Source of the DNA: Shigella phage SHSML-52-1
Sequence record: KX130865
Length of the DNA: 64,000 bases
Strand: one strand, 5' to 3'
The stretch's first letter is position 1. Every line of letters starts with the position of its first letter. Below, piece by piece: positions 1 through 9,843 of the stretch. Under the pieces are notes generated by a model that saw only the letters and a program-made list of their open reading frames with translations, did no database searches and was not told where the DNA came from. The translations under genes and the position numbers were made by a program.

Positions 1-648
1 TTTGCCTCTATTAACTCTGGTATTCTGCTGAGTCAAGGTAAATTTATTATGACTCGTGCAGTTAATGGCACCACTTATGCGGAAGCAAATATCTCTGATG
101 AAATTGATTTTGACGTAGCACTTTATGATTTGAATAGCTTCTTAAGCATTTTGAGTCTAGTGTCTGATGATGCTGAAATTTCAATGCATACTGATGGCAA
201 TATTAAAATTGCAGATACACGTTCCACAGTTTATTGGCCTGCTGCTGACAAGAGCACTATTGTTTTTCCTAATAAGCCAATTCAGTTCCCGGTGGCTTCT
301 GTTATTACTGAAATTAAAGCTGAAGACCTTCAACAATTGCTTCGAGTTTCACGTGGTCTGCAGATTGATACAATTGCTATTACAAATAAAGATGGTAAAA
401 TTGTTATCAATGGTTACAATAAAGTTGAAGATTCTGGCTTGACCCGTCCTAAGTATTCTTTGACTCTTACTGATTATGATGGTTCTAATAACTTTAACTT
501 CGTAATCAATATGGCTAATATGAAAATTCAGCCGGGTAATTATAAAGTAATGTTGTGGGGAGCTGGTGATAAAGTTGCAGCTAAGTTTGAAAGCTCTCAA
601 GTAAGTTATGTTATTGCAATGGAAGCTGATTCTACTCACGACTTCTAA
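1..648 (+). CDS. 45: DNA polymerase sliding clamp gp45 (5' end cut by window edge)
   Basis: Frame open from base 1 to stop 646-648; translation (…LQQLLRVSRGLQIDTIAIT…EADSTHDF) matches T4-family gp45; followed by 44 and 62 in canonical order. Confidence 0.9.
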   Translation, partial: FASINSGILLSQGKFIMTRAVNGTTYAEANISDEIDFDVALYDLNSFLSILSLVSDDAEISMHTDGNIKIADTRSTVYWPAADKSTIVFPNKPIQFPVASVITEIKAEDLQQLLRVSRGLQIDTIAITNKDGKIVINGYNKVEDSGLTRPKYSLTLTDYDGSNNFNFVINMANMKIQPGNYKVMLWGAGDKVAAKFESSQVSYVIAMEADSTHDF

Positions 649-652
649 GTCA

Positions 653-678
653 AAGCTTTACGTTTACTGTAGTACGAT
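653..678 (+). promoter_or_regulatory. putative middle promoter for gene 44 (MotA-box-like AAGCTTTA 653-660, -10 TACGAT 673-678)
   Basis: Box to -10 spacing 12 bp; same architecture recurs upstream of 39, 42, 56 and 32. Confidence 0.35.
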
Positions 679-680
679 TA

Positions 681-698
681 TGGAGGAGAAATCCTCCA
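681..698 (+). promoter_or_regulatory. stem-loop in gene 44 leader (TGGAGGA-GAAA-TCCTCCA)
   Basis: 7-bp perfect inverted repeat about 25 nt upstream of the gene 44 ATG. Confidence 0.3.
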
Positions 699-723
699 GT
701 TTAATGATAATGAGGAAAATTAC

Positions 724-1686
724 ATGATTACTATCAATTCTAAAGAACACATTCTAGAACAGAAATATCGTCCTTCTTCCATTGACGAATGTATTCTGCC
801 TGCGTATGACCATGCAACATTCAAGTCTTTAGTATCTAAAGGAAAACTTCCTCATATTATTTTGCACTCTCCTTCTCCTGGTACCGGTAAAACAACCGTG
901 GCAAAAGCATTATGTAATGATATCAATGCTGAAATGATGTTCGTCAACGGTTCTGATTGTAAGATTGATTTTGTGCGTGGTCCGTTAACTGCATTTGCTC
1001 GTTCAGTCTCAATGGAAGGCAAGCCTAAAGTTATCGTTATCGATGAATTTGACCGTAGCGGCCTTGCTGAATCACAACGGCACCTTCGTACATTCATGGA
1101 AGAATTCTCTAGTAACTGTTCTATTATTATTACTGCCAACAACATCGATGGAATTATCGAACCGTTACGTAGTCGTTGTCGAGTTATCGAATTCGGACGT
1201 CCAACCGAAGAAGATAAAATCTCGATGATGAAGAAAATGATTCATCGTATGGTTGAAATCTGTAAGAACGAAAATATCAAAATCGCTGATATGAAAGTTG
1301 TTGCAGCTCTGGTTAAAAAGAACTTCCCGGACTTTCGTCGTACAATTGGCCAATTAGACCAGTACTCGTCTAAAGGTGTTCTTGATGCAGGTATTCTGTC
1401 TATCGTAACTAATGACCGTGGCACAGTCTCTGATGTTATCGAAGCAATGAAGAACAAAGATATCAAACAACTTCGTGCATTAGCTCCAAAATATGCTGCA
1501 GATTATTCATGGTTCATTGATAAATTAGTTTCAGAATGTTATGACCAAGTTGCACCTGGTAAAAGTATTATTTCGCTTTACGAAATTGCAGGCGAAAATA
1601 ATAAGTTTCATGGACTAGCTAGTAATATTGAATTACATGTTATGTATATGCTTCTTCAATTGACTTGTGAATTGACTTGGAAATAA
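724..1686 (+). CDS. 44: clamp loader large subunit gp44 (AAA+ ATPase)
   Basis: 320 aa; Walker [15 protein letters not shown] Walker B, SRC motif; position between 45 and 62. Confidence 0.9.
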   Translation: MITINSKEHILEQKYRPSSIDECILPAYDHATFKSLVSKGKLPHIILHSPSPGTGKTTVAKALCNDINAEMMFVNGSDCKIDFVRGPLTAFARSVSMEGKPKVIVIDEFDRSGLAESQRHLRTFMEEFSSNCSIIITANNIDGIIEPLRSRCRVIEFGRPTEEDKISMMKKMIHRMVEICKNENIKIADMKVVAALVKKNFPDFRRTIGQLDQYSSKGVLDAGILSIVTNDRGTVSDVIEAMKNKDIKQLRALAPKYAADYSWFIDKLVSECYDQVAPGKSIISLYEIAGENNKFHGLASNIELHVMYMLLQLTCELTWK

Positions 1687-1687
1687 T

Positions 1688-2251
1688 ATGAACTTATTCG
1701 ATGATGACGTCCAACTTAACGAGCACCAAATCGCATGGAAGTCTAATGACGCTGATGCGATTCAAAAATGTGCTGACATGTTTAAAGAAAAACCTGAGAA
1801 TGAATTCTTTAAAATCATTAATGCTATTAATGAAAAGAAATCTATATCAATTGCTCAGGTCGACTACTCAAAATTTATGGTTGAGAACTCATTATCCCAG
1901 TTCCCGGAATGTATGCCAGCTGTTTACATGATGAACTTAGTAGGTTCTGAATTAAGTGATGAAGCGCACTTCAACTATATGATGGCGGCAATTCCGCGTG
2001 GTCGTCGATTCTCTAAATGGGCTAAACTAGTCGAAGACACCTCAGAGTTACTAGTTATCAAACTGTTGATGAAACATTACACAATCAACATGAATGATGC
2101 TACCGAGTATAAGCGGCTCCTTGAAAAAAATAACAAGTTGCCAATAGTCCTTAAAGAACTGAAGGCCATGGTCACTGATGAGTTTCTCAAAGAAGTTACA
2201 AAAAATGTGAAAGAACAAAAACAATTTAAAAAATTAGCATTGGAATGGTAA
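1688..2251 (+). CDS. 62: clamp loader small subunit gp62
   Basis: 187 aa ORF immediately after 44, start 1 nt after the 44 stop; size and position match T4 gene 62. Confidence 0.8.
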   Translation: MNLFDDDVQLNEHQIAWKSNDADAIQKCADMFKEKPENEFFKIINAINEKKSISIAQVDYSKFMVENSLSQFPECMPAVYMMNLVGSELSDEAHFNYMMAAIPRGRRFSKWAKLVEDTSELLVIKLLMKHYTINMNDATEYKRLLEKNNKLPIVLKELKAMVTDEFLKEVTKNVKEQKQFKKLALEW

Positions 2252-2253
2252 AA

Positions 2254-2622
2254 ATGATCGAAATTAAATTGAAGAACCCCGAAGATTTTCTTAAAGTCAA
2301 AGAGACTCTAACCCGTATGGGCATCGCTAATAACAAGGATAAAGTTCTTTATCAGTCCTGTCATATCCTCCAAAAGCAAGGTAAATACTACATCGTCCAC
2401 TTTAAAGAAATGCTGCGTATGGACGGACGTCAGGTTGATATTGATGGTGAAGACTATCAGCGACGTGATTCGATTGCTCAGTTGCTTGAAGACTGGGGCT
2501 TGATTGTTATTGAAGACTCTGCTCGTGAAGATCTGTTTGGCCTGACTAATAACTTCCGTGTCATCTCTTTTAAACAGAAAGATGACTGGACTTTGAAAGC
2601 AAAATATACAATTGGTAATTAA
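2254..2622 (+). CDS. regA: translational repressor RegA
   Basis: Matches recalled T4 RegA (…LTRMGIANNKDKVLYQSCHILQK…FKEMLRMDGRQV…); track ORF starts 2245 but ATG 2254 follows the 62 stop and gives the T4-like N-terminus MIEI. Confidence 0.8.
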   Translation: MIEIKLKNPEDFLKVKETLTRMGIANNKDKVLYQSCHILQKQGKYYIVHFKEMLRMDGRQVDIDGEDYQRRDSIAQLLEDWGLIVIEDSAREDLFGLTNNFRVISFKQKDDWTLKAKYTIGN

Positions 2623-2626
2623 AGCA

Positions 2627-2644
2627 ATGGGACTTCGGTCCCAT
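2627..2644 (+). terminator. GC hairpin with UUCG loop (GGGACTTCGGTCCC) between regA and 43
   Basis: Perfect stem with stable tetraloop; not followed by a clean U-run, so may be a partial terminator or part of the gene 43 translational operator. Confidence 0.45.
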
Positions 2645-2703
2645 TTGGAGTATAATAAGTTCATCAACAAACAAAAGACAATAACTCGTCTAAAGGAAAT
2701 TAA

Positions 2704-5415
2704 ATGAAAGAATTTTACTTAACGGTTGAACAGATTGGTGATTCAATTTTTGAACGTTACATCGATTCTAATGGCCGTGAACGTACTCGAGAAGTAGAAT
2801 ATAAACCATCACTGTTTGCTCATTGTCCAGAAAGTCAGGCTACGAAATATTTCGATATCTACGGTAAGCCGTGTACTCGTAAGTTGTTCGCTAATATGCG
2901 TGATGCTTCCCAATGGATTAAACGTATGGAAGATATCGGACTTGAAGCACTTGGCATGGACGATTTCAAATTGGCGTATTTGTCTGACACTTATAACTAT
3001 GAAATCAAATACGACCATACAAAAATTCGTGTGGCTAACTTCGACATCGAAGTAACATCTCCGGACGGGTTCCCTGAGCCGTCACAAGCAAAACATCCGA
3101 TTGATGCTATCACCCATTATGACTCAATTGACGACAGGTTCTACGTATTTGATCTATTGAATTCTCCATATGGTAATGTAGAAGAATGGTCTATCGAAAT
3201 TGCGGCTAAGCTTCAAGAACAAGGTGGTGATGAAGTTCCATCTGAAATTATCGATAAAATCATTTATATGCCGTTCGATAACGAAAAAGAATTGTTGATG
3301 GAATATCTCAACTTCTGGCAACAGAAAACTCCTGTCATTTTGACTGGATGGAACGTTGAGTCATTTGATATTCCATATGTGTATAACCGAATCAAGAATA
3401 TTTTTGGCGAATCTACTGCGAAACGTTTATCGCCACATCGTAAAACTCGTGTTAAAGTTATCGAAAACATGTATGGTTCTCGTGAAATCATTACATTGTT
3501 CGGTATATCTGTTCTTGATTACATTGACCTTTACAAAAAATTCTCTTTTACCAATCAACCGTCGTATTCTCTGGATTACATTTCAGAATTTGAATTGAAC
3601 GTTGGTAAACTGAAATATGACGGCCCTATTTCTAAGCTTCGTGAAAGCAATCACCAACGATATATTTCTTATAACATTATCGACGTGTATCGTGTATTGC
3701 AAATTGATGCTAAACGCCAGTTCATTAACTTGAGCTTGGACATGGGTTATTATGCTAAGATACAGATTCAATCTGTGTTTAGCCCAATTAAAACATGGGA
3801 TGCTATTATTTTTAATAGCCTTAAAGAGCAGAACAAGGTGATTCCGCAAGGTCGTTCTCACCCGGTTCAACCTTATCCTGGCGCTTTTGTTAAGGAACCT
3901 ATTCCAAATCGATACAAATATGTAATGAGTTTCGACCTTACATCTCTGTATCCAAGTATTATTCGCCAAGTGAATATTAGCCCGGAAACAATAGCAGGAA
4001 CGTTTAAAGTAGCTCCACTGCATGATTATATTAACGCAATCGCTGATCGTCCTTCAGATGTGTACAGTTGCTCTCCTAACGGCATGATGTATTATAAAGA
4101 CCGTGATGGTGTAGTTCCAACTGAAATCACTAAGGTCTTTAATCAGCGTAAAGAACATAAAGGTTACATGCTTGCAGCTCAACGTAATGGTGAAATAATT
4201 AAAGAGGCATTGCATAATCCTAATCTTTCTGTTGATGAACCATTAGATGTTGATTATCGTTTCGACTTCACTGATGAGATTAAAGAAAAGATTAAAAAGT
4301 TGTCTGCTAAATCTCTTAATGAAATGTTGTTTAGAGCTCAACGTACTGAAGTTGCAGGTATGACTGCACAAATTAACCGTAAATTGCTTATCAACTCACT
4401 TTATGGTGCACTTGGAAACGTTTGGTTCCGTTATTACGATTTGCGTAATGCAACTGCAATCACAACATTTGGTCAAATGGCTTTACAGTGGATTGAACGT
4501 AAAGTTAATGAATACCTGAATGAAGTTTGTGGTACAGAAGGCGAAGCTTTCGTTCTTTATGGTGATACAGACTCTATTTACGTATCTGCTGATAAAATTA
4601 TCGATAAGGTTGGTGAATCTAAATTCCGTGATACCAACCATTGGGTAGACTTCTTAGATAAGTTCGCTCGTGAACGTATGGAACCTGCTATTGATAGAGG
4701 TTTCCGTGAAATGTGTGAATACATGAACAATAAACAACACTTAATGTTCATGGACCGAGAAGCTATCGCTGGTCCTCCGCTCGGTTCTAAAGGTATTGGT
4801 GGATTCTGGACTGGTAAGAAACGTTATGCATTAAACGTGTGGGATATGGAAGGTACTCGTTACGCTGAGCCTAAACTCAAAATCATGGGTCTCGAAACAC
4901 AGAAATCTTCGACCCCTAAAGCAGTACAGAAAGCTCTTAAAGAATGTATTCGTCGTATGCTTCAAGAAGGTGAAGAATCATTACAAGAATATTTTAAAGA
5001 GTTTGAAAAAGAATTCCGTCAATTGAATTATATTAGCATCGCGTCGGTATCTTCTGCGAATAACATTGCTAAATATGACGTTGGTGGATTCCCTGGTCCT
5101 AAATGTCCGTTCCATATTCGTGGAATTCTGACGTATAACCGGGCTATCAAAGGTAATATTGATGCTCCACAAGTTGTAGAAGGTGAAAAAGTATATGTTC
5201 TGCCTTTACGTGAAGGAAACCCATTCGGTGATAAATGTATCGCATGGCCTTCTGGCACTGAAATCACAGATTTAATTAAAGACGACGTACTTCATTGGAT
5301 GGACTACACTGTTCTCCTTGAGAAGACATTTATTAAACCACTTGAAGGATTCACATCAGCAGCGAAACTCGATTACGAGAAGAAAGCATCTCTGTTCGAT
5401 ATGTTCGATTTTTGA
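2704..5415 (+). CDS. 43: family B DNA polymerase gp43
   Basis: 903 aa; exonuclease motifs (FDIEV, YNIIDV), polymerase motifs (SLYPSII, YGDTDS); N-terminus matches the RB69-type polymerase as recalled. Confidence 0.97.
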   Translation: MKEFYLTVEQIGDSIFERYIDSNGRERTREVEYKPSLFAHCPESQATKYFDIYGKPCTRKLFANMRDASQWIKRMEDIGLEALGMDDFKLAYLSDTYNYEIKYDHTKIRVANFDIEVTSPDGFPEPSQAKHPIDAITHYDSIDDRFYVFDLLNSPYGNVEEWSIEIAAKLQEQGGDEVPSEIIDKIIYMPFDNEKELLMEYLNFWQQKTPVILTGWNVESFDIPYVYNRIKNIFGESTAKRLSPHRKTRVKVIENMYGSREIITLFGISVLDYIDLYKKFSFTNQPSYSLDYISEFELNVGKLKYDGPISKLRESNHQRYISYNIIDVYRVLQIDAKRQFINLSLDMGYYAKIQIQSVFSPIKTWDAIIFNSLKEQNKVIPQGRSHPVQPYPGAFVKEPIPNRYKYVMSFDLTSLYPSIIRQVNISPETIAGTFKVAPLHDYINAIADRPSDVYSCSPNGMMYYKDRDGVVPTEITKVFNQRKEHKGYMLAAQRNGEIIKEALHNPNLSVDEPLDVDYRFDFTDEIKEKIKKLSAKSLNEMLFRAQRTEVAGMTAQINRKLLINSLYGALGNVWFRYYDLRNATAITTFGQMALQWIERKVNEYLNEVCGTEGEAFVLYGDTDSIYVSADKIIDKVGESKFRDTNHWVDFLDKFARERMEPAIDRGFREMCEYMNNKQHLMFMDREAIAGPPLGSKGIGGFWTGKKRYALNVWDMEGTRYAEPKLKIMGLETQKSSTPKAVQKALKECIRRMLQEGEESLQEYFKEFEKEFRQLNYISIASVSSANNIAKYDVGGFPGPKCPFHIRGILTYNRAIKGNIDAPQVVEGEKVYVLPLREGNPFGDKCIAWPSGTEITDLIKDDVLHWMDYTVLLEKTFIKPLEGFTSAAKLDYEKKASLFDMFDF

Positions 5416-5455
5416 TATAATGCCAAGAACGGTAAACTAATTAAATGAGAGAAAT

Positions 5456-6091
5456 ATGAAAACTACACCAATCACTATCGCTATTGACGCAATCGTAAAA
5501 CAAGCTTCATCTCTTGCCACTATGGCTAAAGTAATTAGTCAAAACCCTGCCCGATATAATGCTATTCTTGAAACTCTTCGTCGCCCTGGACTGAGTAATT
5601 ATGAAAGCCGAGTAATTATTACAGGTGTTGGTAAGAATGCTAATATTGCAACTAAAGCTTCTGAGACATTTGCTTCACTAGGTATTCCTAGCATGTATTT
5701 GAACACTGGGCATTATTCTCATGGTGACGCAGGATTTATTGCACCTAATGATGTATTAGTTCACATCAGTCGTTCCGGTAAGACTGAAGAAATGATAGGT
5801 GTTGCTAAACATCTTCGTATGATTCGTCCTCAGGTTAAACAGATTCTGTTACATTGTAACCCTGACATTCCACAAGAATACGAAGCTCTTTTTGATTATA
5901 CGTTCTGTACCGGTATCGCGGTAGAAGTTGACGAGAACTCTTTAGCTCCGACCATGTCTACTACATTGTTGTTAGCGCTTATCGATACGTTCGCTATCAA
6001 CCTTTCATCTGAACGTGGATTTACCTCTAATGATTTCCTTAAGTTCCATCCAGGCGGTGCACTAGGTGCCATGTTACGAGGCGAACAATGA
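5456..6091 (+). CDS. SIS-domain sugar-phosphate isomerase (arabinose-5-phosphate isomerase / KpsF-GutQ-like)
   Basis: 211 aa; SIS signatures VGKNANIA, SRSGKTEE and C-terminal FHPGGALG typical of KdsD/GutQ-type isomerases. Confidence 0.7.
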   Translation: MKTTPITIAIDAIVKQASSLATMAKVISQNPARYNAILETLRRPGLSNYESRVIITGVGKNANIATKASETFASLGIPSMYLNTGHYSHGDAGFIAPNDVLVHISRSGKTEEMIGVAKHLRMIRPQVKQILLHCNPDIPQEYEALFDYTFCTGIAVEVDENSLAPTMSTTLLLALIDTFAINLSSERGFTSNDFLKFHPGGALGAMLRGEQ

Positions 6092-6231
6092 AAGCAATAA
6101 CAATAGGACTTTTACTATTGATGCTTGCCATGACTATCTACTGGAGCTTAACGGCTCCAGTAATGATTCCAACACTTGTAATTGGATGGATTATGATTGG
6201 TCTACAGGCAAAGTATGAATGCTTTAACTAG
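6088..6231 (+). CDS. small hydrophobic protein (47 aa), translationally coupled to the SIS gene
   Basis: ATGA overlap with the SIS stop; two predicted TM segments; not in ORF track (below 60 aa). Confidence 0.25.
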   Translation: MKAITIGLLLLMLAMTIYWSLTAPVMIPTLVIGWIMIGLQAKYECFN

Positions 6232-6244
6232 AATAGTGTACAAT
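6218..6244 (+). promoter_or_regulatory. putative middle promoter (MotA-box AATGCTTTA 6218-6226, -10 TACAAT 6239-6244)
   Basis: Box to -10 spacing 12 bp, about 30 nt upstream of the 6273 ATG. Confidence 0.4.
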
Positions 6245-6272
6245 ACACCTACTTACCAATGAGGACTTCAAC

Positions 6273-7961
6273 ATGAAAAAAGCTGTTATTCTTGGTGCTG
6301 GATTAGCAACTCGTTTATATCCAATTACTCACCATATTCCTAAGGTGCTTGTTAACTATAAACAAGACACTATTCTGAGCAATTTGTATACAATTTATTC
6401 TGACCTTGGCGCAGATGAAATTATTGTAGTAGTTCATTCAAAATTTGCTGAAACTGTTCGAGCTTATTGTGAGCAAGAAGGGTTCAATGTGACTATTCGT
6501 ACAGTTGATGAAGCGTATGGTTCTGCTTATGCTCTTGCTAAATTACACAAAGATTTAGACGGCCATAACGTAATTGTTAACTGGTGTGATATTATTCCTG
6601 ATTTTGGTTCATGGTCTTGGAATGTTAACGCAATCTATGTTAAGGGTGATGAATGTCGATATAATTTCGATGGTGAAAATATCACTAACGTAGGTTCAAC
6701 TGGTGGTAATGTTGTAGGAATTTATCAGTTCAAAGACTGGGAATTCTATATGGGTTCTACTGATGAGGAAATTCATGAATACTGCAAAGGACGTGATTTC
6801 GTAGAATTCCTTTACAGCGGCGCATTCAATAAATCAGAGCTTATGAATATCATCGACCTTGGTGATATGCCTAAACTTGAAAAAGCTCATGAAGTTCGTG
6901 AACTTAATCGTAGTTTTAATGCAGTTGAAATTGGTGAAGAAACGGTAACAAAGATTGCTTTAACAGAACAGGGCGTTGCACTTCAAAAAGATGAAGTCAA
7001 TTGGTATAAGAAAGTTAAATCAGATTCAGTTCCACGGATTGTAAGTTATCATCCTGGCGGCCACTTTATTATGGAACGCATTAAAGGTAAGCCGGCATTT
7101 GAATATATTAAATCCAAATCAAGTCTTGCTCGTCCACAAATTGTTGATGCAATTTTAGATGCACTGAAATTCAGCACAGACACTTATTTTGTAAGTCCTG
7201 AAACTGTTCGCCGTGATTTCACTAAAGAGTTCTATACGAAAGTTATTGATCGTTGTGAAAGCATTCAGCCATTGATTGATTCATTTGGTAAAATCACACA
7301 CGTGAACTACACTAAGATTGGACGTCTGAAGCCAATGTTGAAACAAGCTTTAGAACATCTTATTCGTTATCATAACCGTTCTCAGGGACAGTACTCTGTT
7401 ATTCACGGCGACCCAAACTTCAGTAATACTATGATTACTGATAACGGCGAAGTCAAGTTTATCGACCCTCGTGGATATTTTGGTGAAACCAAGATTTACG
7501 GGCCAAAATTGTACGATGAAGCTAAAGTGCTTTATGCTGTTTCAGGTTATGATGAATTCAATGCTAATCCGACCTGGGGACAGTTTACTATTGATGAAAC
7601 AACTTGTAATGTGACTATTAACATCAATCCATTAGTTTACAAATATGGAAAGATGAGTTCGTTTAACGAGTATCATCATTTGGCTGTAGCAATTATCTGG
7701 ATTGCATTAGGTGGTTATTTCAAGAATAATCCACTTAAAGCGGTAGCCGCCTATTATAAAGGTATGGAACTTCTGACTAAGCAATTACGTAACATGGGCC
7801 GTGTACTTCAAGATGGCTCTATTAGTTATGACGTAGCAGAACCTGTAACGGCTACTCTGATTACAAAAAATCCTGGTAAATGGGTGCTAACTGATAAAGA
7901 AACTGGTGTTTCCTATCGTCCAATCGGCGGCGATATCACTCATCAATGGGAACGAATCTAA
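6273..7961 (+). CDS. bifunctional sugar-1-phosphate nucleotidyltransferase (N-terminal, RmlA-like) / APH-type kinase (C-terminal)
   Basis: 562 aa; N-terminus ILGAGLATRLYPIT resembles RmlA GGSGTRLYPLT; C-terminal HGDPNFSNTMI…FIDPRGYFG resembles the HGDxxxxN / D-x-x-G motifs of APH/choline-kinase-fold kinases. Confidence 0.7.
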   Translation: MKKAVILGAGLATRLYPITHHIPKVLVNYKQDTILSNLYTIYSDLGADEIIVVVHSKFAETVRAYCEQEGFNVTIRTVDEAYGSAYALAKLHKDLDGHNVIVNWCDIIPDFGSWSWNVNAIYVKGDECRYNFDGENITNVGSTGGNVVGIYQFKDWEFYMGSTDEEIHEYCKGRDFVEFLYSGAFNKSELMNIIDLGDMPKLEKAHEVRELNRSFNAVEIGEETVTKIALTEQGVALQKDEVNWYKKVKSDSVPRIVSYHPGGHFIMERIKGKPAFEYIKSKSSLARPQIVDAILDALKFSTDTYFVSPETVRRDFTKEFYTKVIDRCESIQPLIDSFGKITHVNYTKIGRLKPMLKQALEHLIRYHNRSQGQYSVIHGDPNFSNTMITDNGEVKFIDPRGYFGETKIYGPKLYDEAKVLYAVSGYDEFNANPTWGQFTIDETTCNVTININPLVYKYGKMSSFNEYHHLAVAIIWIALGGYFKNNPLKAVAAYYKGMELLTKQLRNMGRVLQDGSISYDVAEPVTATLITKNPGKWVLTDKETGVSYRPIGGDITHQWERI

Positions 7962-8347
7962 TGCACCGTGTAGAAAACATGCTTAATCTTTGTTTTGATG
8001 TCGATGATTGTATAACAGAGTGGAATAACAATCGTGATTACGTGAACTTCAAACCAGATGTCGAAATGGTGTCTGCCATTAATGCCCTGTACGATGCAGG
8101 GCATACCATAACGCTTTACACTGCCCGTGGTATGAAGTCGGTAGGTCCTGGTCGTATAGCAATTGACATTCTCCCAAGTCTGATTCAGAACTTGGAAAAC
8201 ATTGGTTTGAAGTACCATAATTTGCTAACACATAAACCAGTATATGATTGGATTATCGACGACAAAGCTATGCGTCCTGACGAATTCAAAGCTCTTATGA
8301 ATAAAGGCGAATTCGAAACATTTAAATCATATAAACCAAATCTATAA
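7961..8347 (+). CDS. HAD-superfamily phosphatase-like protein
   Basis: N-terminal FDVDDCIT (DxDx[T/V] HAD motif I); track start 7946 but ATG 7961 abuts the upstream stop. Confidence 0.55.
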   Translation: MHRVENMLNLCFDVDDCITEWNNNRDYVNFKPDVEMVSAINALYDAGHTITLYTARGMKSVGPGRIAIDILPSLIQNLENIGLKYHNLLTHKPVYDWIIDDKAMRPDEFKALMNKGEFETFKSYKPNL

Positions 8348-8404
8348 TAATTTAAGTAAGACCTGCAAAAACCATCGCATCAATTAACGCGAGATGCAAA
8401 AAAA

Positions 8405-9565
8405 ATGAATACTTTTAAAATCGGAACGAATTTTGATTTAGCTCTTCTTGATAAAATCGTAGAGCTCAATAAAACCTATCCTAATAGCTTGATAAACGAA
8501 GTATATGGCTCTACAAGAGAAATGGCTTTTGTAGCAGCCAGACCTGATTTTAGGCTTCCTGACGTTGACAAAAAGATGTTAGAAGACTACGTTAAACGTT
8601 GTAACGAATTAGGTATTTGCTTTAACTATACACTCAACACGATAAATCCTGGTTCAAAAAGAGAACTAGTTGAGTGGAAGAAGAAAGCTATTCAGGATTA
8701 TGTTCAGTATCTTTGGTCAATAGGCGTATGGCGTATTACTATCGCTAACCCTGTTGTTATGGAAATTGTTCGTGAAGTCAATAAAGATATTGAGATTGAA
8801 GTTTCAACAATTCTACATGTTGATGCTGTAACTCAAATCAAATACTTACATGACCAATATAACATCAAAAAGGTCTGTTGCGGAATTCATAAGAACCGTT
8901 CAGTTTCTTTCCTGAAGCGTGCAGCAGAGTTTTGCAATAAGAACAATATAATATTTGAAGTTCTTGTAAATGAGTTCTGTTCTAATGCTGGTAAAGGGTA
9001 TACAACACATTGTAGTTATCGTGACTCTTGCTATATTTTCCATAGTACTGATGTTACCGCTGATGATGCTAAATCCTTAAATGGATATCCTATGCAGCAC
9101 TGTATTAAAGCTCGTGATACAGACCCATTTAACTGGTTGAGAACTCGTTTTGTTCGTCCTCAAGATTTGAAACTTTATAATGATATTGGTATCACTCAAT
9201 TCAAAGTTTCAGGACGTACAGGTAGCACAGACTACATTTTGAAAGTTCTTGAAGCATACGCTTCTGAAAAGTTTGAAGGTAATTTGTTAGAACTGTGGAA
9301 GCCTTTAGAGACTATTTTCACTCTTGAAAATGAGACTGAGTTTTCACATACAGTAAATATTGAAACCTCTTTGTTAGATGGCTTTTTAGAAAAAAGGTGG
9401 TTCAGACATCCAGATTTTGATTGTGCTAATGAAATCTGTGGGTCAACGTGTACATATTGTGAAAGGTATTATAAACGTCAATTATCTAAAAACGGGTTAG
9501 CAGAAAACTCCATATCTATTATTGATATAACTAACTCTGATGACGCTTTGAGGTACCCGGAATGA
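8405..9565 (+). CDS. hypothetical Cys-rich protein in the modification block
   Basis: 386 aa; Cys clusters (CSNAGKGYTTHCSYRDSC; CANEICGSTCTYC) suggest metal or Fe-S binding; U32-like fold considered but signature not matched. Confidence 0.6.
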   Translation: MNTFKIGTNFDLALLDKIVELNKTYPNSLINEVYGSTREMAFVAARPDFRLPDVDKKMLEDYVKRCNELGICFNYTLNTINPGSKRELVEWKKKAIQDYVQYLWSIGVWRITIANPVVMEIVREVNKDIEIEVSTILHVDAVTQIKYLHDQYNIKKVCCGIHKNRSVSFLKRAAEFCNKNNIIFEVLVNEFCSNAGKGYTTHCSYRDSCYIFHSTDVTADDAKSLNGYPMQHCIKARDTDPFNWLRTRFVRPQDLKLYNDIGITQFKVSGRTGSTDYILKVLEAYASEKFEGNLLELWKPLETIFTLENETEFSHTVNIETSLLDGFLEKRWFRHPDFDCANEICGSTCTYCERYYKRQLSKNGLAENSISIIDITNSDDALRYPE

Positions 9566-9801
9566 TTTCTAGAAAAAGTTTTAATTATAAACTTAACGAA
9601 GAGATTTTGACTATGAAACTGAACACTAACGAACAAATTCTTAAAAAGGCCCTTATGGGCCTGTTTGAAACCAAAGCGGCTAAAGTGATTAAAGAACCTG
9701 TTCAATTGGAATACTACACTGATGCATTCCTTCATAGTGTTCTTGGAAGTATAGATTCTGAAGCTTTACGTTATATCAACATTGTCAAGAAATTCAAATA
9801 A
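9562..9801 (+). CDS. hypothetical protein (79 aa)
   Basis: Track ORF overlapping the upstream stop; contains a terminator-like hairpin at 9648-9661, so coding status is uncertain. Confidence 0.3.
   Translation: MISRKSFNYKLNEEILTMKLNTNEQILKKALMGLFETKAAKVIKEPVQLEYYTDAFLHSVLGSIDSEALRYINIVKKFK
9648..9661 (+). terminator. hairpin GGCCC-TTAT-GGGCC followed by TGTTTG
   Basis: Perfect 5-bp GC stem inside ORF 9562-9801; possible attenuator after the modification-gene block. Confidence 0.3.
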
Positions 9802-9824
9802 GCTTTACGAATTGAGTATATAAT
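9800..9824 (+). promoter_or_regulatory. putative middle promoter for gene 42 (AAGCTTTA 9800-9807, -10 TATAAT 9819-9824)
   Basis: MotA-box-like element plus consensus -10 about 20 nt upstream of the 9844 ATG. Confidence 0.4.
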
Positions 9825-9843
9825 AAATTGTATTGAGGTAAAC

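Noticed and set aside
167-639. Alternative-frame and antisense ORFs inside gene 45 (167-442 +, 349-639 -), and the many similar internal ORFs in the track (e.g. 852-1145 -, 2308-2670 -, 3583-4023 -, 46151-46336 +, 50539-50742 -)
   Set aside because: Fully embedded in well-supported genes, no RBS, low-complexity translations; typical spurious ORFs in AT-rich DNA.
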